A DNA stretch of 64,000 bases from Candidatus Omnitrophota bacterium (GTDB lineage: Bacteria; Omnitrophota; Gorgyraeia; Zapsychrales; Fredricksoniimonadaceae): the NCBI GenBank assembly GCA_903908245.1, contig CAIVRE010000014.1:31963-95962 (forward strand), read 5' to 3'. The stretch's first letter is position 1. Every line of letters begins with the position of its first letter. A model generated the notes under the pieces. The model saw only the letters and a program-made list of their open reading frames with translations, was not told the origin of the DNA and did no database searches. Shown in pieces: positions 28,836 through 36,985 of this stretch. Made by a program: the position numbers and the translations under genes.

Positions 28836-28862
28836 CCTCCTTCATCCCGGGGATGATGGAGG
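28836..28862 (-). promoter_or_regulatory. Hairpin that pairs the ABC-F Shine-Dalgarno (AAGGAGG) with an upstream CCUCC
   Basis: cctccttcatcc-cggg-gatgatggagg, 13/14 bp complementary; SD lies 15 nt upstream of the ATG at 28820. Confidence 0.3.
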
Positions 28863-28865
28863 TTA

Positions 28866-29105
28866 TTAATAATTAAAAAGGTCTTTCAGCGTAAGATTGC
28901 GCTCGGGCTTGAGCGTGCGAAGGGCTTCGAGGATCTTTATCTGCATGTTCGGCGTAAGGATGCGGCCCTTGCGCCCTTTTTGCATCGCCTTGAAACTTAA
29001 CTGCCTGGTTGATGCCGCCACCACGTCCGCGTTCGACAGCGCCAGCGCGTTCATCAGCGCATCGATCGGCTGAACGCCATGCTCAATCGCCACTGATGAC
29101 CTCAC
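28866..29105 (-). CDS. Hypothetical 79-aa protein
   Basis: ORF only; overlaps the 3' end of the Rho-like gene by 23 nt; no recognisable motif. Confidence 0.25.
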   Translation of the reverse strand: MRSSVAIEHGVQPIDALMNALALSNADVVAASTRQLSFKAMQKGRKGRILTPNMQIKILEALRTLKPERNLTLKDLFNY

Positions 29106-30105
29106 CCACCGCCGCCAGGAAATCTTTATTCGTCGGATATTTATTAAGCTGTTTGATCAGCGCGCTGCCGGCCTCGACCGCCTTGTAATTCAGAAGCGCG
29201 CGGCGCAGCATCTCGACCTTCTTGAGCTCCTCGGCAGACATCAAAAGCTCCATCTTGCGCGTGGCACTTTTGGGGATATCGATCGCCGGATAAATGCGCC
29301 GGGTTGAAAGATCCCGTGACAGCACCACTTCCATATTACCCGTGCCCTTGAATTCCTCGAAGATCACATCATCCATCCGGCTGCCGGTCTCGACCAATAT
29401 CGTCGCCAGGATCGTGAGAGAACCGCCGTTCTCGATCTTGCGCGCGGCGCCGAAGATGCGCCGGGGAACTTCAATGGCGCGCGAATCAAGCCCGCCGGAG
29501 ATCGTGCGCCCGCTGGAACGGATCTCGGCATTATGCACGCGCGACAACCGCGTCAGGGAATCGATCAGCACCATCACATCTTTGCCCGAACCCGCCTCGC
29601 GCATGGCTTCATGCATAAGGTCGTCCGCCACACGCACGTGGTGCTCATAATCCTGGTCCGATGACGACGCCCGCACATCGGCTGTCACACTGCGCTTGAA
29701 ATCCGTCACCTCTTCCGGCCGTTCATCGACCAGAAGGCAATATAATTTTACCTGAGGATAGGCCTTGCCCACCGCTTGGCAGATATGCTTGAGGATCGTG
29801 GTCTTGCCTGAACCCGGCGGCGCCACAATAAGCCCGCGCTGGCCCATACCAATGGGGCAGATCAGGTCTATGGCGCGCATGGTGAACTCGGCACTGCCGT
29901 TCTCTAAATAAATACGGGGAGAAGGATCGATCGGCGTGCCGGCATAGAACGCGGCCTCAGCCGGGTCGCTACCGCGGCCGCCGAAAGGCCTGGACGCCGG
30001 CCGCTGGGACTGCTGCGGCTTGCGGGTCCTGCTGTCATTGCGCTGCTGGGATGTTTTCTGGCGCGACCGGCCGCCATGATTCCGGGGATGGTACAAGGAG
30101 CTCAT
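29083..30105 (-). CDS. rho: Rho-like transcription termination ATPase lacking the N-terminal RNA-binding (OB/CSD) domain
   Basis: Q-loop/Walker A GQRGLIVAPPGSGKT, ERPEEV, R-loop and C-terminal Rho motifs; N-terminal 80 aa are Arg/Gln/Ser-rich low complexity with no OB fold. Confidence 0.7.
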   Translation of the reverse strand: MSSLYHPRNHGGRSRQKTSQQRNDSRTRKPQQSQRPASRPFGGRGSDPAEAAFYAGTPIDPSPRIYLENGSAEFTMRAIDLICPIGMGQRGLIVAPPGSGKTTILKHICQAVGKAYPQVKLYCLLVDERPEEVTDFKRSVTADVRASSSDQDYEHHVRVADDLMHEAMREAGSGKDVMVLIDSLTRLSRVHNAEIRSSGRTISGGLDSRAIEVPRRIFGAARKIENGGSLTILATILVETGSRMDDVIFEEFKGTGNMEVVLSRDLSTRRIYPAIDIPKSATRKMELLMSAEELKKVEMLRRALLNYKAVEAGSALIKQLNKYPTNKDFLAAVGEVISGD

Positions 30106-30434
30106 TTTTTCTCTGTCATGATCTTTACTGTTATTGAAAGGCCATTACCCCATGGCCAAAGGAATGCAAATTCACCGCCGCCCGCGCCCTGGCGGAAATA
30201 CATGGTCTGGTTCGCCTGGATCCCGCCATAAGCCCTGGCTTTGGCTGATAGAGCAGACGTCGGAGGGACCCCTTTGGCTTTAAGCGGCTCGCCAAAATAC
30301 GAACGCAATAAAACCTCGGCAGCTCCCAGCGCATCGGAAGACACCACGATCTCGAAATGATCGTCCTGCTGCACGCGCGATTCTACACAATTGAGTTTTT
30401 TTGCTTCACCCAGCAATTCCTGGAAGGTCATCAA
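30102..30434 (-). CDS. Hypothetical 110-aa protein, ATGA-coupled to the Rho-like gene
   Basis: ORF with 4-nt overlap onto the downstream start; no recognisable motif. Confidence 0.3.
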   Translation of the reverse strand: MMTFQELLGEAKKLNCVESRVQQDDHFEIVVSSDALGAAEVLLRSYFGEPLKAKGVPPTSALSAKARAYGGIQANQTMYFRQGAGGGEFAFLWPWGNGLSITVKIMTEKK

Positions 30435-30598
30435 ACTGCTCTCATTGAATTGATCTCACGGAAGGACTGAATATATTCTTTAATGCGCAACAGCATACCA
30501 TACGAATATGAAAAATGCCAATTAATCCTTACACCGAAAGGAAAGCCCGTGTCAATACTATCCGGCACGGGCTTGAAGGGGCTGATCTGATCGTCCTC

Positions 30599-33586
30599 TT
30601 ATACCGACGGAGGCGCCGAACTCCCGGCATCGCTGAATAACGGCATATTCGCCGCCGGCTGAATGTTAAGGATGACCGGCACCAGGCCGTCGATCCTGAT
30701 ATTATCCAGGTTCTGCTGGCTGACCGGCAAAGGAACGCCCGCGCCATCGCGCTTGATCTTCAAATTCATGTCCGCCGTGTTGAGGTCGATACCACCGACC
30801 GGCTGCTTATCCTGCGAACGATCCACCGCTTCCAATATTCTTTCCGCCTGCGCCTCCCTCATTTCCCGGGTTTTCTCACGGCCACCCTGAACACCTTCCA
30901 GCAACCGCTGATGAGCTTCACGAAAAGCCTCTCTTGAGCGCTCTTTCTGCTCTTGCGAAGCTGCGCGGAACGCCTTCGCTTTTTCCATTAGATCCTGCAA
31001 TTGCTCGCGCATTTTAGTGCGCAATTCTTGCCCCATAGACATGAAATCTGCCAGGTCTTCAATTGACCTGATCTTTGCCTCAGTGACCATATCGATCGCT
31101 GACTGAGGTACGCCTTCAAAAGACAATGCTTTTCCATCATCAGAAACAGTGAATTTCCCGCTGCCGGGTTTCTCAAAATTGACCGGATTCTGTACATCCG
31201 TCGGGGCATACCCTTCTGCTTTCAAGATCGTAATGATCTCAGGCAGCTTGCCATCTTTGACGGCATACTTTCCACGGGCATCCTTGCCTCCGACCGACGA
31301 AGACGTCCCGTCGCCAAGCAAGGCATTCCCCATCAGAGGCTTGAATTCCATTCTGGAGTTGATAACGAATCCTGCGGAAATACCCGCCTGCGGACTGGCC
31401 TGACGGCCTTCCAGTTTAGTCTGACCTATCACCGCCGTATTCACAGGCTGGTCGTTCGCGCCGGGTTGCGTTATCCCCGATCCCTCCGGCGTATATTTCA
31501 AGGCCGCGATCTCCTCCGATTGGGCCTCCGTAACCGTCATTGCAACCTCTTTCTCCCCGACAGGCTTGGCATTATCGATCCCCATCCCCTGCAAACGGGA
31601 CATCAACGTCGGGATCAAATTCGGGCTTCCGACCGTCACGATCAAATTCACGACAGGCTGCCCGTCCTTCTGCGCGCTAATGCCGCGGCTCGCAACGATC
31701 AACAGCTTCTCGTTGGCTTTCAGATCCACCGCGATCTCTTTTAACGGAGAACGATAGATGATCGCCGCGTGTGTTAAAGCCCCCTTCCGCGGGCTGATGT
31801 CCCGTAGAAACCCGTTCGGGACATTTTTGATCGTCACCAGGCCATCAGAACCCACGGAAACTTTCGTATCTCCCGGCATATCGCTGACCGAATACTCCCC
31901 GGGAGCCGCAAAACGGCCCGGCAGCGTAACACCCAATCCTTCGATCAAATGATTGACCGCAGACCCCGGGCGATTCATCTCCTCCTGCGAAACCCCGCTC
32001 AATACCGCCTCGTTCTTCCCGTCATACGTGATCGTGAACTGGCCTGCCCCGGTCCCCGCTTGCGCCGTAAACGCCGGCACCGTAACAGCCGTAAGGTCGG
32101 TGATCCGGTTCCAATCCGCTTCCGGAGCCGTCGCGACCCGGATCTTCCCTGCTTCGAACGTTGCAGCAATATTGCTATTCCTTAAAGCCGCCATCACCGT
32201 TGACACCCATGCCGGCGCCACGCTTAAAGACCCGTTGACCACAACACTTTTCCCTCCATCGCCCCGGCTGATAACCCCGCTGCTCTCGGATATCAGCGCA
32301 ACATGTCCTGCCGGTATTTGCCTTTCCACTACCGGAGAATGATAGATCGTCGCTGCGTTAGGATAAGCACCAGGATTATCACTGGCCTTGGCATTAAAAG
32401 GATTGAGCAAAACCGCGACCAGCACAAGAAGGCTTCCGAAAGACAGGCCCTTGGATCGGCCCTCCGGTATAACCCGCTGTAACGACGCCTTGGCCGTTTC
32501 AAGATCAACCCGCGTCACCTGCCCCTTGTCAAATGTCTGCGCCGCATTCTCAAAACCGCCCGAGAAATACTTTCGGGGAATGATCTCCTGGGAATAAAAA
32601 TCCTTATCCTCCTTGATCATGTTGAACACGCCTTTTTGAAACGCCGCGACATATTGCTTGTAGATCTCCTGATTCTGAGCTGGGTCCTGGTCAATACCCC
32701 TGACCTTGGACCGGTCGCCATAGACCTTGTTCAGGATCGATTCCTTAAGAGCGCGCTTGTACCACGCGGCCAAAAGCGCGCCGCTGTACACCTGGCGGAC
32801 CGGCGCGAAATTCTGGCCTTCATTCACTTCCTTCTCAATGGCCGGAATAATGACATCGCGCATGACCTGCTGGGATATCTTCAACGCCTCGTTCTCATCG
32901 GGCGTAGCTTCATCGACCATGGTCTGCTTGCTGGCAAGATAATCTTTCTCCATCATGACCTTAAGATGCATGTCGATCACATAGACCGTACTGTCCTTCT
33001 CGTAGATCGTCGCGCTGTCAGGCAGGACCCACACCTTGTTAATAACATCGGTAGGAATATCGGTCGTCCCGAATTTCTGATAAGCCTGCTCATAAACACC
33101 ATCCCAGAATTTCTTTCCAAGGCCGGTATCAGGATTGGTCAGGGTCGCGGAGATCTGCTTCAAGAGATAATCCTGGGCCAAAAGGTCGCGGCCCATTTCT
33201 GTCATGCCGAAATTGTCAGGAATGATCCGGTTCTGTTCATACGGCGAAAGGTTGACCCACTGGTCCGTGTCGGGGATAGCCAAAGACGCCAGAAAATATT
33301 TGATCAATTTCTGATATTCATCCTGCTGCCCGGCATCCACGACCGGATTATCCCCGCGGGAAATAATAAAATCGAATTTAAACGGATCATTGGGATGAAT
33401 GACCATGCCCTTGAGCTGGGCCGGCATGAATGCGGCGCTTAACGGCGCCTGGACACCGGGCTGCGGCATGAGACCGACCGCGGTCAGCGACTGCGCAAAG
33501 CCTTGCGGAGGCATGATGCAACTCAACACAAAGCTCGTTAAAACAAAGAATGATGTTATTTTTCGCATGACCGGCTCCCTTTTCAA
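30599..33586 (-). CDS. Large (about 990 aa) secreted protein of unknown function with C-terminal coiled coil
   Basis: Signal peptide (MRKITSFFVLTSFVLSCIMPPQGFA); charged helical segment (residues ~850-930); no catalytic motifs. Confidence 0.5.
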   Translation of the reverse strand: MKREPVMRKITSFFVLTSFVLSCIMPPQGFAQSLTAVGLMPQPGVQAPLSAAFMPAQLKGMVIHPNDPFKFDFIISRGDNPVVDAGQQDEYQKLIKYFLASLAIPDTDQWVNLSPYEQNRIIPDNFGMTEMGRDLLAQDYLLKQISATLTNPDTGLGKKFWDGVYEQAYQKFGTTDIPTDVINKVWVLPDSATIYEKDSTVYVIDMHLKVMMEKDYLASKQTMVDEATPDENEALKISQQVMRDVIIPAIEKEVNEGQNFAPVRQVYSGALLAAWYKRALKESILNKVYGDRSKVRGIDQDPAQNQEIYKQYVAAFQKGVFNMIKEDKDFYSQEIIPRKYFSGGFENAAQTFDKGQVTRVDLETAKASLQRVIPEGRSKGLSFGSLLVLVAVLLNPFNAKASDNPGAYPNAATIYHSPVVERQIPAGHVALISESSGVISRGDGGKSVVVNGSLSVAPAWVSTVMAALRNSNIAATFEAGKIRVATAPEADWNRITDLTAVTVPAFTAQAGTGAGQFTITYDGKNEAVLSGVSQEEMNRPGSAVNHLIEGLGVTLPGRFAAPGEYSVSDMPGDTKVSVGSDGLVTIKNVPNGFLRDISPRKGALTHAAIIYRSPLKEIAVDLKANEKLLIVASRGISAQKDGQPVVNLIVTVGSPNLIPTLMSRLQGMGIDNAKPVGEKEVAMTVTEAQSEEIAALKYTPEGSGITQPGANDQPVNTAVIGQTKLEGRQASPQAGISAGFVINSRMEFKPLMGNALLGDGTSSSVGGKDARGKYAVKDGKLPEIITILKAEGYAPTDVQNPVNFEKPGSGKFTVSDDGKALSFEGVPQSAIDMVTEAKIRSIEDLADFMSMGQELRTKMREQLQDLMEKAKAFRAASQEQKERSREAFREAHQRLLEGVQGGREKTREMREAQAERILEAVDRSQDKQPVGGIDLNTADMNLKIKRDGAGVPLPVSQQNLDNIRIDGLVPVILNIQPAANMPLFSDAGSSAPPSV

Positions 33587-33715
33587 GGCCCCATATTAAT
33601 GGAACGACTGCCCAAGACTTCCACCGATTATAAATATACACTATAAAGCACAATGGAAACAAGACCACCCGGGGCTTTACGGGAAACCGTTTTCCGCCTG
33701 AACAGGAGAATACTT

Positions 33716-34060
33716 TTAATCAAGCGCTAAACTGATCCGGACCGCGATGTCTACCTTGGCCATCAAGGCAGGCGAAAGCGCGCCAAGCCGTTGGTCCAAA
33801 CGGCTTTTATCGATCGTCCGGATCTGGGACAAGAGGACCGTAGAGCCCTGTTTAAGGCCTGCGGCCCCGCAAGGGACCTGAACATTGGTAGGATACAACT
33901 TGGTAAAAACCTTCGTGGTCAAAGGCGCTATGATCGTTGTCAGCGAATATTCATTGCCCACATCGTTCTGAAGGACAAGGACCGGGCGATGACCGCGCTG
34001 TTCACTGCCACGGACCGGATCAAGATCGGCGCAATAGATCTCCCCCCTTTTAATCGGCAC
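33716..34060 (-). CDS. MazF/PemK-family type II toxin endoribonuclease (probable GTG start)
   Basis: N-terminal motif PIKRGEIYCADLDPVRGSEQRGHRPVLVLQ typical of PemK/MazF; overlaps the antitoxin stop. Confidence 0.75.
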   Translation of the reverse strand: MPIKRGEIYCADLDPVRGSEQRGHRPVLVLQNDVGNEYSLTTIIAPLTTKVFTKLYPTNVQVPCGAAGLKQGSTVLLSQIRTIDKSRLDQRLGALSPALMAKVDIAVRISLALD

Positions 34061-34295
34061 GCAACAATGCCTCCCGGTCAGAGAACTCAAAATCTTTCGC
34101 GAGGTCCATCGCCTCGCCGGACATCTCCGCGTACCCTTCCTTCAAGAGGGCTTCACGGACACACCGCTCTTTTTCATCAATATAAAAATCCACCGCACGC
34201 TGAATAAGGGTACTGCGACCGGCCTTTTCACGACGGGATTCCGCATCCAGGCGGGCTTTCATCTCTTCAGGGATCGTAATATTAATATGCACCAT
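34050..34295 (-). CDS. Ribbon-helix-helix (CopG-like) antitoxin, 81 aa
   Basis: RHH N-terminus MVHINITIPEEMKARLD, acidic C-terminus; RBS aaggag; directly upstream of the toxin. Confidence 0.65.
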   Translation of the reverse strand: MVHINITIPEEMKARLDAESRREKAGRSTLIQRAVDFYIDEKERCVREALLKEGYAEMSGEAMDLAKDFEFSDREALLRAD

Positions 34296-34301
34296 AGTAT
34301 C

Positions 34302-34340
34302 TCCTTTAGTATACACTGGAAGTATACCATTGAAGTATCT
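34302..34340 (-). promoter_or_regulatory. Candidate operator/promoter of the toxin-antitoxin operon: three AGTATAC-like repeats at 13-nt spacing
   Basis: gtatac at 34309-34314 and 34322-34327, agtatc at 34334-34339; read as TATACT -10-like hexamers on the coding strand. Confidence 0.3.
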
Positions 34341-34597
34341 CTCCCGCAATAAGGAATTACCACAAGTGTCCGGTAGGAACGCACAAACCCGTGACAACAT
34401 ATCACGCGCAAGCGAACGGGTGACGCCACAGGCGCCCCCCAAGCGAATTGGCCCGTAGATGACAAAAGAGCGGAAGCATTCGTGCCAATGCGATTGAAGG
34501 CTCGGCCTTTCACTTTATAAGATAAGGACGAGACTTCCTAGCATTGGCGTGAATGCTGAAGCCCGATATGCGGCCAGGCGGCAGGATCCGTGAACAA

Positions 34598-35743
34598 TTA
34601 CCCTCTTGGCTCATGCTCGCCATGATACTGGTAATAATTCACTTCGATCGTGCCGTTAAAAAGCTTGCGGACCCGGTCGGGCGCGGCACGCTTGAAAAAA
34701 TCGGGGAACCGCTTGTCGGCAGTAAGGACGAACAGCGACCAGCCTGTTTTCTTCTTGAACATGTTATGAATGGAAACATAGACCGGCGTAAGCTCTTTCT
34801 GGCTGCCCAGTTTGACCCCGTATGGCGGATTGGTGATGACGATCCCGTACTGTTTGTCGATCCAGAGGTCTTTGATATCCTTGACCGCGAACGCAATATC
34901 CCCGGCAACACCGGCATTCCTGGCATTGATCAGGCAATCCTTGATACGCTCTTCATCAATGTCGTAACCGAAGATCTTAAGCTCTCCTTCGCGGATAATA
35001 GCCGCTTGCGCGTCCAGCCTGGCCTTGCGCCAATACTCACTGTCAAGCGCAGGCCACAACTCGGAAACGAACTCCCGATCAATGCCCGGCGCGATATTCC
35101 GGGCGATCATGGCCGCCTCGATGAGGATCGTCCCCGACCCGCACATCGGGTCGATAAGCAGCCGCTCCTTATCCCAGAAACTTAAAAGGACCAGCGCTGC
35201 CGCCAGGTTCTCGCGCAAGGGGACATCGCCCTTGGCGCTGCGGTAACCGCGTTTGTGAAGGCCATTGCCGGATGTATCAAGGGTCAGTTGAGCAACGTCT
35301 TTAAGCAGCGCCACGGAAATGGTATATTCAGGGCCGGTCTCGGGTAAAATTTCCGTAAGGAATTTCTCCTTCAGGCGCTCGACAACCGCTTTCTTGACGA
35401 TCGACTGGCAGGAACGCACGCTCATCAACTGAGAGCGGACACATTTACCGATGACCTCGATCCTGGCATCATAAGTCAGCCAGTCCTCCCAGGGAAGCGC
35501 CCTGGCAGCATCGAACAACTGCCCGAAATCCGTCGCCGGGAATTCGCCCACTTTTACCAGGACCCTGTCAGCCGCCCTTAAACCGATATTCAACCGCGGG
35601 ATATCCTTCATTTCGGCGTCAAATTCGATCTTGCCATCGGCCACAACAAAGTCGTTAAAACCCAGGTCCATCAACTCCCTCTTGATAACAGCCTCGAGGC
35701 CGAATGTCGACAGAACGATCAGCCGTACCTTGCTCATTTCCAT
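34598..35743 (-). CDS. THUMP-domain class I SAM-dependent RNA (guanine-N2) methyltransferase (RlmL/COG0116-like)
   Basis: N-terminal THUMP region, SAM motif DPMCGSGT, catalytic NPPYG. Confidence 0.8.
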   Translation of the reverse strand: MEMSKVRLIVLSTFGLEAVIKRELMDLGFNDFVVADGKIEFDAEMKDIPRLNIGLRAADRVLVKVGEFPATDFGQLFDAARALPWEDWLTYDARIEVIGKCVRSQLMSVRSCQSIVKKAVVERLKEKFLTEILPETGPEYTISVALLKDVAQLTLDTSGNGLHKRGYRSAKGDVPLRENLAAALVLLSFWDKERLLIDPMCGSGTILIEAAMIARNIAPGIDREFVSELWPALDSEYWRKARLDAQAAIIREGELKIFGYDIDEERIKDCLINARNAGVAGDIAFAVKDIKDLWIDKQYGIVITNPPYGVKLGSQKELTPVYVSIHNMFKKKTGWSLFVLTADKRFPDFFKRAAPDRVRKLFNGTIEVNYYQYHGEHEPRG

Positions 35744-36984
35744 GACCCTTTCGGTACATTAAAATACCCATGACGCACGCCAGGAAAAAGCTTCCGGACC
35801 CGCTCCATGACCATACGAATACCCATCTGAGGGCTGTCATCCATCACTTTCATTTTCCTGAAATACAATTGCGGGTCATAATTCAGGTTCCGCCACTGGA
35901 TCATATCAACGCCGAACCGGCGGATCAGCCCCGTCAATGCCCTGAATTCATCTTCCCTGTCGGTAAAACCCGGCATCACCAGATAATTCAAAGAAACGAA
36001 CTTTTTCTGCCGCCGGGCGACCGCGATCGAAGCGCAAACATCGTCAAACCCGTACCCCTTCGGAGAATAATAACGCTCGTAATATTCACGCCGCGCGCTG
36101 TTAAGGCTGACACGAATGCTGTCCAGGCCCGCCCGGCACAAGGCGTCGATATCCGCCGTGTGGCTGGCGTTGGTATTCATATGGATCGTGCCCCGCGGCG
36201 TAGCCTTTCGGATGATCCCGATCGCCTCCTTAATGGTTCCGGCGGCCATGAGCGGCTCACCCTCACAACCCTGCCCGAAACTGACAATGGCGTCTTTGAC
36301 CGCCCTGATATGCAGCAAGGCGACCTCCGCGATCTCTTCCGGCGCAGGCACGAACCGCAGGCGTGGCTGAGTGGCGGAACAGGAACCTTTTGCCTGCAAA
36401 GAAATACACCCCAGGCATCGGGCATTGCAGGTCGGAGAGACCGGCAATGGCCCTTCATATTTCCCGAAAAAGAAATTGATAGCATTAGGACAGGAATTCA
36501 CCCAGGCGCAATCGGCCAGATGTTCGATCATCCGGTTGGACGTACCCGCAAACCTCCGGATCGCACGCGCCAAAAGATCCCTGTTGACACCGGTAATATC
36601 ATGATTTTTCCGGCGATCCACCCTTATCGCCGGCACATGGAAAGCGTTCCGATAGAACGCGACCGGCGTGTATGAAAAAAGCGGCAGGATCGTTGCGCCT
36701 TTACGTTGGGTGTACGCCACGCTTAAAAGCTGGGTGTACCCGGGAGGGATGAATGCGGCAACAGGCAAGACCCCCTCGACCGCTTCATAATCATTGCGCG
36801 CGATATTGAACGCCACCGGCGACCTGTCAGGAAGAAAGAACAGGTTACTGCCCGGAGGCAGCGGCACAAGGTCCCGGGACGACAAGAGCGATACCGCATC
36901 CCCCGCCTGTCCGCAGGCAAGATATCCGGGAAGATCGAAGACCTTTTGATCCTTATCGGCAACACAGAGCACAGCCTTTGGCAT
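35734..36984 (-). CDS. Radical SAM protein with N-terminal accessory domain (start trimmed to MPKAVLCV)
   Basis: CxxxCxxC cluster CNARCLGC; GxGEP-like glycine-rich segment; the first 128 codons of the long ORF are Arg/Ser-rich junk overlapping the HK gene. Confidence 0.65.
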   Translation of the reverse strand: MPKAVLCVADKDQKVFDLPGYLACGQAGDAVSLLSSRDLVPLPPGSNLFFLPDRSPVAFNIARNDYEAVEGVLPVAAFIPPGYTQLLSVAYTQRKGATILPLFSYTPVAFYRNAFHVPAIRVDRRKNHDITGVNRDLLARAIRRFAGTSNRMIEHLADCAWVNSCPNAINFFFGKYEGPLPVSPTCNARCLGCISLQAKGSCSATQPRLRFVPAPEEIAEVALLHIRAVKDAIVSFGQGCEGEPLMAAGTIKEAIGIIRKATPRGTIHMNTNASHTADIDALCRAGLDSIRVSLNSARREYYERYYSPKGYGFDDVCASIAVARRQKKFVSLNYLVMPGFTDREDEFRALTGLIRRFGVDMIQWRNLNYDPQLYFRKMKVMDDSPQMGIRMVMERVRKLFPGVRHGYFNVPKGSWK

Positions 36985-36985
36985 A

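Noticed and set aside
30102-30434. Possibility that this 110-aa ORF is the missing Rho N-terminal domain
   Set aside because: It shows no convincing similarity to the Rho helix bundle or OB fold. The only faint resemblance (EFAFLW versus GFGFLR) is at the wrong position, so it is kept as hypothetical.
32636-33442. 268-aa plus-strand ORF
   Set aside because: It is antisense to the 995-aa secreted protein gene, which has a signal peptide and continuous coding bias.
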